Source: Coniocarpon cinnabarinum
Taxonomy: Eukaryota
Length of the DNA stretch: 36,895 bases
Reading direction: 5' to 3'
Assembly: GCA_051942205.1 (NCBI GenBank)
Contig: JAVECO010000082.1
Span: 62,001 to 98,895 of the forward strand
The notes beneath the pieces are model-generated. The model made no database searches and was not told the DNA's origin. It saw nothing but the letters and a program-made list of their open reading frames with translations. A program made the position numbers and the translations under genes. The stretch's first letter is position 1, and every line of letters starts with the position of its first letter. Of this stretch, positions 1 through 10,717 are shown one piece after another.

Positions 1-2
1 GC

Positions 3-1857
3 CCCGTATGGGAAGCGAAAGGTAGGTGCAGAGCTGGATGGCGATGTCGATTTGCAATGAGTCACGCTGAGGAACGAAAGCTGGACGATGGAAAGAATGA
101 GCTTGTTCTCTTGGACAATGGCTCACAACATGGCCTTGAGACTGTGGTTCAGCAAGATGAGGCAGACAATGATGCTGATATTGTGAATATTGCGACTCCT
201 GAACATCGCAAAAAGCTCATGAAGCGAAACATTTCCACTCCCAAGGCTGATGAGTATACAAAATTTCTGAACAAGATTACAAACAGCGAGAAAGTCGTCA
301 GTCAAAGCGAAGGACGCAATCACAATAAGAGCGTGTCTGAAGATCCTACGAATGAGGCGGCGCGCGTGGACGTAGAAGGCGCGGATCGTGATGGTGATGC
401 AGAGCATGAAGCTCGTGATATGAATGCCTCATACATCGAGCCAAAATTGAGATCTTCTGAAAAGCGGCGTCTATATTTTGGACCAGAAACGCCGGTGCTC
501 GCGCCACTTACGACGCAGGGTAATCTTCCTTTTCGCAAGTTGTGCGTGGGACTAGGAGCACAAGTAACATGGTCGGAGATGGCCATGAGTCTTCCTCTCA
601 TCCAGGGTCAAAAACAAGAATGGGCATTGTTGAAAGCGCACCAGTTGGAACTGGAGAGCCCCAAATATTCCCCATTCGAGGGCAATGCTGTTCCTGAAGG
701 GTACGACAATACGCGCGACTTCAAGTTTGGAGCGCAGATCTCGGCAAACAAGCCTTGGCTGGCCCTCAAAGCAACCGAGGTGATCACCTCGATATGTCCG
801 CATCTCAGGGCAGTAGATTTGAACTGTGGCTGTCCGATCGACCTGGGTATGCTGCGCACGCATTCAGCTCCATAGCCAGACTTTGCTAACACACCGCCCG
901 TAGTATACGCTTTTTCTAGCAATTCGTTCTATTTAAAATTATGCTAACAAAGGGGAGTAGGTTTTCCGTGAAGGAGCGGGCTCCGCGCTCATGGACAGTC
1001 CCGCAAAGCTTGAAAGAATCCTTCGAGGCATGAACGCTGTGTCGGGTGACGTACCTATCCAGGCCAAAATCCGAACGGGTACTAAGGACAACAAACCTAC
1101 AGCCGATCGTCTCATAGAGCGCCTTGCTTTTGGAGGCACTGAAGCAGAACGACAAGGTCTCGGTCCACCAGGCGTTGCCGCTATCACTCTGCACGGACGG
1201 AGCCGTCAGCAGCGATATACAAAGCAAGCCAATTGGTCATACATCGCCGAGTGCGCATCACTCGTGAAGAGCTACAACAGTAAGCTCTCTAATCGGGTCG
1301 ATACGAACAAGGGCCAAGACCTTCAAGACATTAACGCATCCGAGCGTATGTACTTTATTGGCAATGGTGATTGCTACTCGCACGTGGATTATTACAATCA
1401 CATCGAGCAGGCAAAGGTCGACTCTGTGATGATAGCGCGGGGTGCATTGATCAAACCGTGGATCTTCGAAGAAATCAGCGCAGGGCAATATCTCGACAAG
1501 TCCTCCTCGGAGCGCCTTAGATACGTGGAACAATTTGTGCGCAATGGCCTGTCATGCTGGGGTTCAGACGAGATTGGGGTTGGCACGACGCGACGCTTCC
1601 TCTTAGAATGGTTGAGCTTCGCTTGTCGCTATGTCCCCATTGGTCTGCTCGAGCACCTCCCTCCATCAATGAACGACAGGCCACCAGCGTATCGCGGTCG
1701 AGATGATCTGGAGACACTAATGGCCAGTGACAATGTTAAGGACTGGATCAAAATCAGCGAGATGTTCCTAGGGCCCGCACACGAAAACTTCAAATTTGAC
1801 CCAAAACATAAGAGCAACTCGTATGATAAAGATGGGGACTACACTGCTGAAGGCTGA
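3..1857 (+). CDS. DUS3: tRNA-dihydrouridine(47) synthase Dus3 (5' end outside window); exons <3-845, 961-1857
   Basis: The frame is open from nt 3 ([21 protein letters not shown], end of a CCCH finger). Dus motifs present: [77 protein letters not shown]. The frame is restored only by removing 846-960 (stwintron). Confidence 0.95.
846..960 (+). other. Spliceosomal twin intron (stwintron), [D1,2] type with alternative [A2,3] path, in DUS3
   Basis: Internal intron 847-903: GTATGC...GCTAAC(885-890)...TAG. Its excision joins G846 to TATAC(904-908), creating donor GTATAC for an external intron with GCTAAC(943-948)...TAG(960). The result is the in-frame join CTG|GTT (DL|VFREGAG). Confidence 0.85.
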
Positions 1858-2302
1858 TCCTTGGAACCGTGGCAGGACTCAGTAAGCTGCTAGTCTGGAC
1901 AACGCAATCTCCGTCCAGTCATTATGTAGCCATGGTCAACACGTTTTCGAAGAAACCCACACAACGTTGTGCAGTATATGCCGTCTTCTGTAAAAGTGTC
2001 TCCAGGGGCACGACAAACGTGATCCAAGTCCAGACAAGCCAATAATCCCGTTTGGGCGAAGCAGTTTTAGGATGAGCCTGTTTGGTGCTAGCGCGAAGTG
2101 ACATCATTTCTTGTGTGCCTGGCTGATCCGGTTTGCTCCACGTTGCAAGAATGACCTTCCCTCCTCAACTGAACAACTTGCTAAATCTTCTTCCACATTC
2201 CACAACCGCCTGGTCTTTTGCAAGCGGCTGCTCTGATCCTTCTACAACCAAGCATCTTTGCTAAAGCCATTCTACATTCGAAGTCATACACGCCTGCCGA
2301 CA

Positions 2303-3055
2303 ATGACTCTCTACTATAGCCTTGTGTTCGCCTTGTTGGTTTTCGAGATGGTTCTGTTCATGAGCCTTATCGTGCCTATGCCATACACATGGAAACGCAA
2401 GCTCTTTACTTTCATCTCAGATAATCCTTTGGTGGCACGAGTGCAGTATGGCTTGAAGGTGAGTTTCCTAGTCAAAACCCTTCTGGACATGGATGTCAGC
2501 TCATGAGACAGATTTGCTTCATTTTCATTCTCATCCTTTTTGTGGACAGTGTGAACCGGGTTTATCGTGTTCAGTTAGAGCTGGCCGCCGCCGGCAAAAC
2601 AGGTCAATCCGGTGGAGGGTAAGTTCATCTGCCAGCAGCAATCCAACACTTAGATGAGGCAACTGACAACTCTCATCAGCACCGTCACGATCGGCTCTGA
2701 ACGCATGGAAGTGCAAGCCCGCAAATTTTACTCACAGCGCAATCTATATCTCACGGGGTTCACACTGTTCCTTTCGCTCATCCTGAATCGCAGCTACGTC
2801 ATGATCCTCGACATCCTCCGTCTCGAAGAAGAGAACAAGCGTCTCAAGGGTGACCCCAAAGCCAGCACGCGCAGCTCGGAGAAGCTCGATCATGCAGGTG
2901 ACATGGGGGAGATCGGTCGCCTGAGACGTGAGATTGAGCGCCGAGACAAGGACATCGCTACACTCAAGAAGCAGAGCGAAGGTCTCAGCCGTGAATACAA
3001 CGATCTAGGCGATCGCGTCTCTGGCAATGACAGTGGTCCCAAGAAGGACCGTTGA
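2303..3055 (+). CDS. BAP29/BAP31 (Yet3-like) ER membrane protein; exons 2303-2458, 2512-2618, 2680-3055
   Basis: MTLYYSLVFALLVFEM N-terminus, ILFVDSVNRVYRV, ARKFYSQRNLYLTGFTLFLSLIL, coiled-coil tail and C-terminal KKDR (KKXX ER retrieval). GT-AG introns at 2459-2511 and 2619-2679 keep the frame. Confidence 0.93.
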
Positions 3056-3789
3056 GCGACTCGTCCTGCCACCGTTGCCAAAACCCTCCCTCATCATGGG
3101 GAGTCTCATCACTCGGGTTTAGGCAGCCTCAACCGAGCAAGACGTTGACGAACGCCTTTCGCTGCTCTGAGGATAGGTGGTCCGCTGGTGAAGACGCAGA
3201 GGTTTGAGAGTGGGCCACGTTGATGGGGGCACTCGGAAGAGCGGCACTGAGTGCACCAGCAAGCGAGCATTGCAGCGTGCTTGCGGGGGGAAAAAGCATG
3301 GAATGGAAAGGCGGTGGCCTATAGATGAGCTGGTAGATTGACATGAATTTTCATTCATTGGCACGCTGTACCTGTTGTGCGTGAAGCTATCCAGCTCTGT
3401 CCAGCGTAAATGTGAAGTGGCTGATGCTGCCTTGCTGTCTGTATGTGGCTCAGCGGGGTGGCATTGGGGCAATCGTGGCATTCAGGCGTTCAGGAGCGGC
3501 GCACGGGCCAGGTCTGCTTGCGACTGGCGGTGCTTCTGCTTTTTGCACGCGCGAATCCTCGACCCTCACCTTCTGGCGTGGAGCTCTGCTTCGACCTTCA
3601 CCTTCTCTTCCTTCTCACACTTCTGCTCCCACATCCTCCCCCCCGAAGCATCTCTTTTCTCCCCGCGTCCTCCTCTTCGGTCATTTCTCTCGGTTTTGCG
3701 CGCGTTCATCCGTGTCTTTTCAGCATCGTTCCAAGCTCACAGCCCTTTGTCATAGCGTCGCCCCTCCACAGCGCAGCGCTCTCTTGTCG

Positions 3790-3975
3790 GTACGTACTCG
3801 ACTGCTTTTCATCATCCTAAAGCGCCCGCCCCGCGCGCCTCCAGCCTTCCGCAAACGAGGCCATCTGACGTCCATCACGCCTCGACGTGCGCTTGCAAGA
3901 TCGCCTGTCAAGGTCGACCGTCACCGTTTTGCACCGAGTCCAAGTCTAGGCCTCTCGGCTAACCGCCTTTTTCAG
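3790..3975 (+). other. Probable 5'-UTR intron 1 of the Nam8-like gene
   Basis: Donor GTACGT (3790), branch GCTAAC (3958-3963), pyrimidine run then CAG (3975), with a tandem CAG at 3978. It lies downstream of a CT-rich, TSS-like tract (~3590-3720). Confidence 0.6.
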
Positions 3976-4317
3976 CAGAGTCTCGCGCATCATTGATCAC
4001 CGTTGACATCCCACCCTCACGGCCATTCTTTACTGGATCCACTTGGGTAGCGCTGGAGTTGGTTTGCCATTGCCTTTGCATACCCAAGTCATTGTCTTAC
4101 CAAGACACACCCTTTTTGAGGTAGGGCGCCCTCGATCATCTCACGGGAAAGAAGCTTGGGTCACTGTACAATACCAGTGGTTGGTTCAAAGGTCGACAGA
4201 GCCGAGCGCATCATATTTCGTGCTGGCGCTCCCGAGTTGCGCTTAGTTCAGATGCGACAATTCATGAAGAGAGATTAGCCCCTACCCAACCACTGCACAG
4301 CCTTACATTTTCCTCTA

Positions 4318-4386
4318 GTGAGCTTCGTGGAGGGGAACATGCTCATTTCATTAACGGTTTGAGCCATTGCTAACGTGATAACCCAG
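4318..4386 (+). other. Probable 5'-UTR intron 2 of the Nam8-like gene
   Basis: Donor GTGAGC (4318), branch GCTAAC (4369-4374), acceptor CAG (4386), 73 nt before the ATG at 4460. Confidence 0.65.
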
Positions 4387-4459
4387 CTCCGTACAACCCA
4401 AAGATTTTCGTCCCTTGACCCACCATCGCCGATAGTCAACAATCACAGCGCTGCCAACG

Positions 4460-5950
4460 ATGTCGTTCCCTGGCTATGATACCATGCAAGGCCCTCCCTC
4501 TGCTGAGGGCGCAGGCATGCCCGGAGCTCCTGTTGCACCTGGAGGTGCGCCTGCGCCTGCTCCAGGCACAGCGCCGCAACAGCCTCCAAATCCAATGGGA
4601 GCACCTCCGGGCCAGCCTGCTGGTTCTCCGGGACCGTTCGCTGGTGGTCAACCTGGACCACCGGGCACCGCTGGTGCTGGGCCAGGCCCAGAGCAACAGG
4701 GTGCAGACTCTAAAACGACACTATGGTCAGTCTTTCTAAATCCTGACGACCATTCAGCCTCCGCAACTGTGTCCGCAGTCATCATTTTCTCGAGGCAGGA
4801 TTTTCTCTTAAGACTGATAGCTGACATTTTCTGATCAGGATGGGAGAGCTAGAGCCGTGGATCGATGAAAATTTTGTGCGCAGCGTCTGGTACGGTCTTG
4901 GAGAAAACGTAAATGTCAAAATGATTCGCGATAAGTTTTCAGGGTAGGTAATTGGATCATTCCGCTGGTGCAGAACGCTTTCTCATGAAATCTAGAAGCA
5001 ATGCTGGATACTGCTTTGTTGACTTTCAGTCGCCGCAAGCTGCGGCTGCTGCACTCCAACGCAATGGGACAATGATCCCAAATACCTCCCGGCCGTTCAA
5101 GCTAAACTGGGCTTCAGGTGGTGGACTCGCAGACCGCAGCCGTGACGACCGCGGTCCCGAATACTCAATTTTTGTTGGTGACTTGGGGCCTGAGGTCAAC
5201 GAATACGTGTTGGTCTCGCTCTTTCAGGCCCGATTTCCATCTTGCAAGTCTGCCAAAATTATGTCTGATCCCATCAGTGGCATGTCACGAGGTTACGGCT
5301 TCGTCAGATTCTCCGATGAGAGCGATCAGCAACGCGCTTTGACAGAGATGCAAGGTGTGTATTGCGGCAACCGTCCAATGCGCATTTCGACGGCCACTCC
5401 CAAAAGCAAGGGTGGTGGCGGCGGCGGCGGCGGAGGACCAGGCGGTCCCATGAACATGCCAAATCAAGGCCTTGGCATGTACTCCGTGGGTGCGCCTCCC
5501 ATGAATTATCCACCGTACGGAGCGCCACAGCCTATGAACCAATTCACCGACCCGAACAACACGACAGTCTTCGTGGGTGGCCTGTCTGGATACGTTACAG
5601 AAGATGAACTTCGATCTTTCTTCCAAGGCTTCGGAGAAATCACCTACGTCAAGATTCCCCCCGGGAAGGGCTGTGGGTTCGTCCAGTTTGTCCAGCGTCA
5701 TGCAGCGGAAATGGCCATCAATCAAATGCAAGGCTATCCTATTGGCAATTCTCGTGTGCGACTGAGCTGGGGTCGAAGCCAGAACAACTCTGGACCAGCC
5801 GGCACTCCCTACAGGCCTGCGCCTCCACCGCCGGTCTACCCTCAAATGGGCATGCCACCCCAACATCCATACGGCAACTTTGCCCCAATGAAGGTCGGTT
5901 ATGCGAGCCCCTTGTTATTCCCGGGCCCTGCGGCTGACCTCTTTTAGTAG
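4460..5950 (+). CDS. Three-RRM RNA-binding protein, Nam8/Ngr1/Csx1 family; exons 4460-4725, 4839-4943, 4996-5893, 5948-5950 (stop only)
   Basis: RRM1 KTTLWMGELEPWIDENF...NAGYCFVDF...FKLNWASG. RRM2 EYSIFVGDLGPEV...SAKIMSDPISGMSRGYGFVRF. RRM3 DPNNTTVFVGGL...KIPPGKGCGFVQF...RLSWGRS. Canonical introns at 4726-4838, 4944-4995 and 5894-5947. Confidence 0.92.
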
Positions 5951-6682
5951 CAGGACTTCTAGAAAGAATTGATGCCACGCACCCAGCATGCCCCGCGATG
6001 TTCTTCAAAGAAACACACCGGCAACCCACGAAGCAATGACCCTGATTTTTTTTGTGCGAGAGAATTCCCCGACTGACGACGCGAAAATCATTGTGAGCGT
6101 TTTCTGCAACACTTCTCAAAATCGGATCCGTGACTGCAAAGTTCTTCCTTCGTGATGACCTGACGATTTTTACGACCGGGTGGCGCTTTTGCTTCTTCCG
6201 GCACGATATCCACCATCCAAAAGGGCTGTCGTTTTGCTTTTTTCTCTGGAAATGCTTTGAGCGCGGACTATTTTCACATTACGCTCGGTACGCTGACGCC
6301 GAGGACATGGAATCGTATTATCTGCGTTGAGAGCCTGTCGGCTTGACACAAGCGTCACGTGTGAAAAGTCCACGGCAAATGAGACTCAGGGGTGAATGTA
6401 GTCTATATAAATCGGCTTGGTACCGAGCCGGTAATTGATGTCTCGTTTGTGCGAGAGCCTGTCTTGACCTTGAACTGTGATCTTCATGAGGACTGCAGCG
6501 GACCTGTGGATTGGACTTTGATGTACTCGAACGTTCCTCTGGTCGACAGTGCAGCGTTCTGCCATTCCAGGCTGTTGATCTTTCAACACGCAGAGGACCC
6601 CCATACTTTTCCCGAACGCCTCGCTATGCCAATGACACGGCACACAGCACACTTCGTCGCTCTCCTCCCTTTCCATTGAAGC

Positions 6683-7673
6683 TCAAATTATGGGCTGTCG
6701 CCGTGGTGTCTTCTCCACGGCCTTGCACATGCTCTGATACTCATCCTGCCACGTGCCTTTCTCCTCTTCACTCATGTTCTTGGTCTCGCGTAATACCAGC
6801 ACCACGCTCGTCGGCCGCGTCGTGAGGCCCGCTTGACCTAGTCTATCCCGAGATGGCACGAACACGTAAGGAATAAAGTGTTGTTCGCAGAAGACGGGAA
6901 GGTGAGAGACGACGTCTGCCGACAGACTTTTAGCAAGCTTTCAAGCATGGTGCAAGGGCATTTTACGAGATGCGAGAGCGAAAAGGGCAGCAGAGGGAAG
7001 TGCCAGAGCGTACTTACCCATGGGTGAGATGTCGCCTGCTATGATGCAGATGGCTTCTGGTGGAGAGGCAAACTTTGTCGAGGCGTATTTGATCGCCTTG
7101 TTGACTTCTTTCACGCCACGTTTCAGGGTTTTCGCTTGGGCCGCTGTGAGAATAGATTAGCATGTCTCTCGACGTCCTTCGTTCTGCCCACCCTCCAGAG
7201 CGATGGAGCGCGTGCATGCCTTCTACCCTCAAGCTTCTCAATAGGCGGACAGAGAGACACTTACACCGCTCGACCCCTTTCAACAACCTCTTCGCACCCT
7301 TTTCATCAGCCAATGGATCCGCAAATTTCACCAATTTCCCCACAGGCCTCTGCTTCACCGGTTTCGTATCCACAACGCCCACTCCATCCACCTGTCGAGA
7401 TTCCTCTACGCCCTCCATCTCCTGCCCAGCTTTTGTCTTCTCCTCTTCTGCAGCCTCGACTGCGCCATTCGCCGCTTCCTTCACCAGCGCCTCTTCCCGC
7501 GCCTTTCTCTTCTCGCGATGCTTCTCTTTCTTGTGCTTCTTTTGCTTTTCTACGCCGTCGCCTTCCACCTTTTGGTGCAGGACTTCGACACTTGCGTCGG
7601 CTGTTTTGGTGGCTTTCTTTGCGGCTTTGCGGGCCGCGCGCTCGGCTGGGGTTTCGGATTTGTCTTTGGCCAT
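6683..7673 (-). CDS. NHP2: H/ACA snoRNP subunit Nhp2 (L7Ae family); exons 7673-7265, 7143-7018, 6915-6683
   Basis: The spliced product contains FADPLADEK, LKRGVKEVNKAI, IIAGDISPMDVVSHLPVFCEQHFIPYVFVPSRDRLGQAGLTTRPTSVVL, after a K/E-rich N-terminal extension. Both introns have GTAAGT donors and CAG acceptors. Confidence 0.93.
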
Positions 7674-8084
7674 TTTGATGTGGAAACTGTGTCTTCAGGA
7701 AGAGTGTGATGGAGGACGCACGCGCAAACGCGTGGACAATCTTTTGACTAGACAATAACTGGGTCTTTGTTCGGTGTCCACTCAGCTTGCGCACTTGACA
7801 ATAGTATTACAATCGAATGTCTTCAGTAGCCAGCGCTTGAGCTCGACAATTGTTGGTGGGAGCTCTTGATTTTTGGGGGAAATTCATGAATCATTCTTGC
7901 ACCCTGCCTGCCCATGAAATAAGAGACCTAAAGACGTCCGATACATTCGTCGTCACGAATCTCGCCCGACTGCACACCGCACCCGACGTCTCTGTTGAAG
8001 CCGGCGTGCTAGAGAGCTGAATACCCATTTGGCACGATGAGGAGTTGATAGAATCTATTACCTGTCCAGTGCTCTTGCACAAAG

Positions 8085-9846
8085 ATGTCAGCGCCCCAGC
8101 AGGTGCCTGACCGCATACTTACGTGGCTGCACACCAGTCTGCAGAGAGTATGTGAGTGCTGCGCGCATTTGCAAAACCCTGCGGAACTCAGTGCTGACAT
8201 AATTTAGGAATACCAAGATGTAGGCCGTACATACAGCGATTCCGCACGTGCTCTCTCTGTCCACCCCTACCTGCAGCCGCAGACTGATGTGTACAGTGGG
8301 TTGAAACTCGCCTCATACATTCAAAGGAACTTTCCCTGACACAATTACAGCCTTCGAGAGTGGTAGTTCGGTGCTGCTGTTGAATCTCAAAGGATTTCTG
8401 CCGGTAAACTTTCGAGGCGCGACCTATCGCTTTCCAATCTCAATATGGATTCCACACACATATCCGCACGAGCCTCCACTTCTTTACGTTACTGCATCTC
8501 CAGAGCTTGCAATACGTCCTGGTCAGCACGTTAGCATGGACGGCCGCGTATACCATCCCCATCTAGCACAATGGAGTTCACACTGGGATCGGGCAAGCGT
8601 TTTAGATTGTGTAGGCATTATGCAGGACATTTTCGGCAAGGAACCACCTCTGGTGTCAAGAGCGCCGCAACAACACCAGTTTCAGCCAAATGGACAGCCG
8701 ACGCCAAACCCGCAAATGCATGGAAATATGCAGAGTCCACAGCCTCCACCTCCACCGCCTGAACCTCCGGAAGCTGGAGCAACCCCGAGACGCCACTCGA
8801 GTCTGTCATATCAAGCCCATGCAAACAATGATGCTCCTCCTCTGCCGCCGAAACCTGGTCAAATGCTGAGTTCGCCAGCGAGAAGACAGTCACAATCTTC
8901 ACAATTTGCACAACATCGAAGGGATGGGCAGCCTCTGCCGCCTAAGCCCAACGCGTACAACGAAGTGCAAAGACCACCCTCGATGCTCAACGAAGAGTTT
9001 AGACCTGCACAACGCAGCCCGCCGCAATTGCAGATGCAGGATCATAGACAATACCTACCACAGCAATACGACCCATCACCGGCCCCACAACATCAATATC
9101 AAGGCTTTCCGCAACCGCAACACCTGCCACAAACACCCCAGCACCCTCTCTCACAGCAGCAACCGCCCCTCCACTACACACCAACACAACCTCCACCATC
9201 CAATATTCTTCCCCCCAGCACCCTCCCATCCCAAGCCCACCCACAACCACCAACAAACCGCAATCCCGCACCACCCATCGACCTCCTCACCCTTTCAGAT
9301 ACCCCGAGCACTCCTCCACCCGCACCTCCTATCCCACCCAACCCAGAAAAAGACGCCCTCCTCTCCGCCGTCGCCACCCAACTACACACCCTCCTCAACC
9401 AATCCCTCGCTCAAAATGCCTCCGCCATTCCCGCCCTCCAAGCCCAACAATCCGCCCTCTCCGCTTCGCTCTCGAAAATGTCAACAGAACTGTCACAACT
9501 CCGCGCGCTCTCCGCCACGCTCTCTGACAACGAGGAAATCTTACATGATTCCACGCGTGCGGCTGATGCCGCGATCGTCGAGGCGCGCGACCGCAAACCA
9601 CCGGATATTGATGAATTGCTAGTTGCGCCTACAGTCGTGGGGGAACAGCTATACCGTGTTGTGGCGGAGATTCGGGGGATCGACGAGGCGCTGTTTGCCG
9701 TTGCGAAGGCGCTGGAGCGGGGACGGATCGAGGGCTCGACTTTTGTAAGGGTGACGCGGCAGTTGGCGAGGGAGGGGTTTTTGTTGAAGGCGTTGGGCGC
9801 GAAGATTGCACGGGGTATGGGGCTTGAAGGCGGGGCGGTGGGATAA
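8085..9846 (+). CDS. VPS23: ESCRT-I subunit Vps23/Stp22/TSG101; exons 8085-8147, 8208-8295, 8351-9846
   Basis: UEV domain (LLNLKGFLPVNFRGATYRFPISIWIPHTYPHEPP...GRVYHP), P/Q-rich linker, coiled coil, and steadiness box (IDELLVAPTVVGEQLY...FVRVTRQLAREGF). Introns at 8148-8207 and 8296-8350 keep the frame. Confidence 0.94.
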
Positions 9847-10194
9847 GTTACTAAGGTACTGTGGTTGGTCGGTGTGCGTGGTAGGTTCGTCTGCAGTGCA
9901 GGATGAGGAGTATACCTGTACAGAAGGATTGCAAGTACAGTTGGAGATTGAGGCTTCTCTCGTAGAATTCGAGATTCGAGGTGTGAGAATCTTGACTGGG
10001 GAGGCTGGGATGTAACTGAAACGATATAGAGCAGATTCAACTCTTGGATTACGCTGAACCACGAGCATACAATCCCAATTTGCCGTGACAGTTCCTCTTG
10101 GTGCCCGATTCCTCGCCCGTCATATGCTCAACATCAATTGGTTTCCATCGCAGCATGTCCAGACATCGGATTCCTTTGAGTCCTTGCGCATCAG

Positions 10195-10217
10195 GCCAGC
10201 CAGCCAGCCAGCCAGCC
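10195..10217 (+). repeat. (GCCA)n tetranucleotide microsatellite, 5 full units plus GCC
   Basis: gccagccagccagccagccagcc read directly in the region between two convergent genes. Confidence 0.8.
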
Positions 10218-10717
10218 GGTCAAGGTCAGAAGACAACCTCCAGCTCGCGTACGGGGCGGCTGAAGCCACCATACTCGCCTCAAGAACGAGAAAAGACGTC
10301 AATCTCAGAGAGTAGAATCAGAATTATGTACGAAAGCATGTCTATGAAATCTATACAGGGCTGTACAACTACGTCATTATATTCACACTGATTCCGGCTT
10401 CAGAGATGTCCTCTCCTATTTCCTTGTCTCTGTCTCTCGTGATATGGATTCCAAATGTGCGCTCCTTTCCATGGCATTGATGCCTCCTCAACGATTTGAA
10501 ATCATCTTGATGCTTGCAACGAAGCTACTGGCGTGAGCGTATCTCGTCATCGCGGCGTTCCGATATGTCTCCCAATGTATGCTTGTCTGCGACGCCAGCG
10601 CGTTGAACGCCTTCGAAAGGACACCAAAGATGAGCTGGGACAGAAAGCGAGCACATGGAGGCGTGGGGAAATCCACCTCGAGAGCACAAGATAGCAGACG
10701 AGCTCCACCTGCTCATG

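Noticed and set aside
847..960. DUS3 as a frameshifted pseudogene, or as having one ordinary intron
   Set aside because: Single-intron models break the frame, but the nested two-step model restores the conserved sequence exactly and both exons are intact.
3119..4246. Overlapping 67-194 aa ORFs between BAP31 and the RRM gene
   Set aside because: Non-ATG starts, low-complexity CT-rich sequence and no motifs. Better explained as promoter and 5' UTR.
6392..6679. 95-aa ORF between the RRM gene and NHP2
   Set aside because: GTG start, lies in convergent 3' UTRs, and has no recognisable homology.
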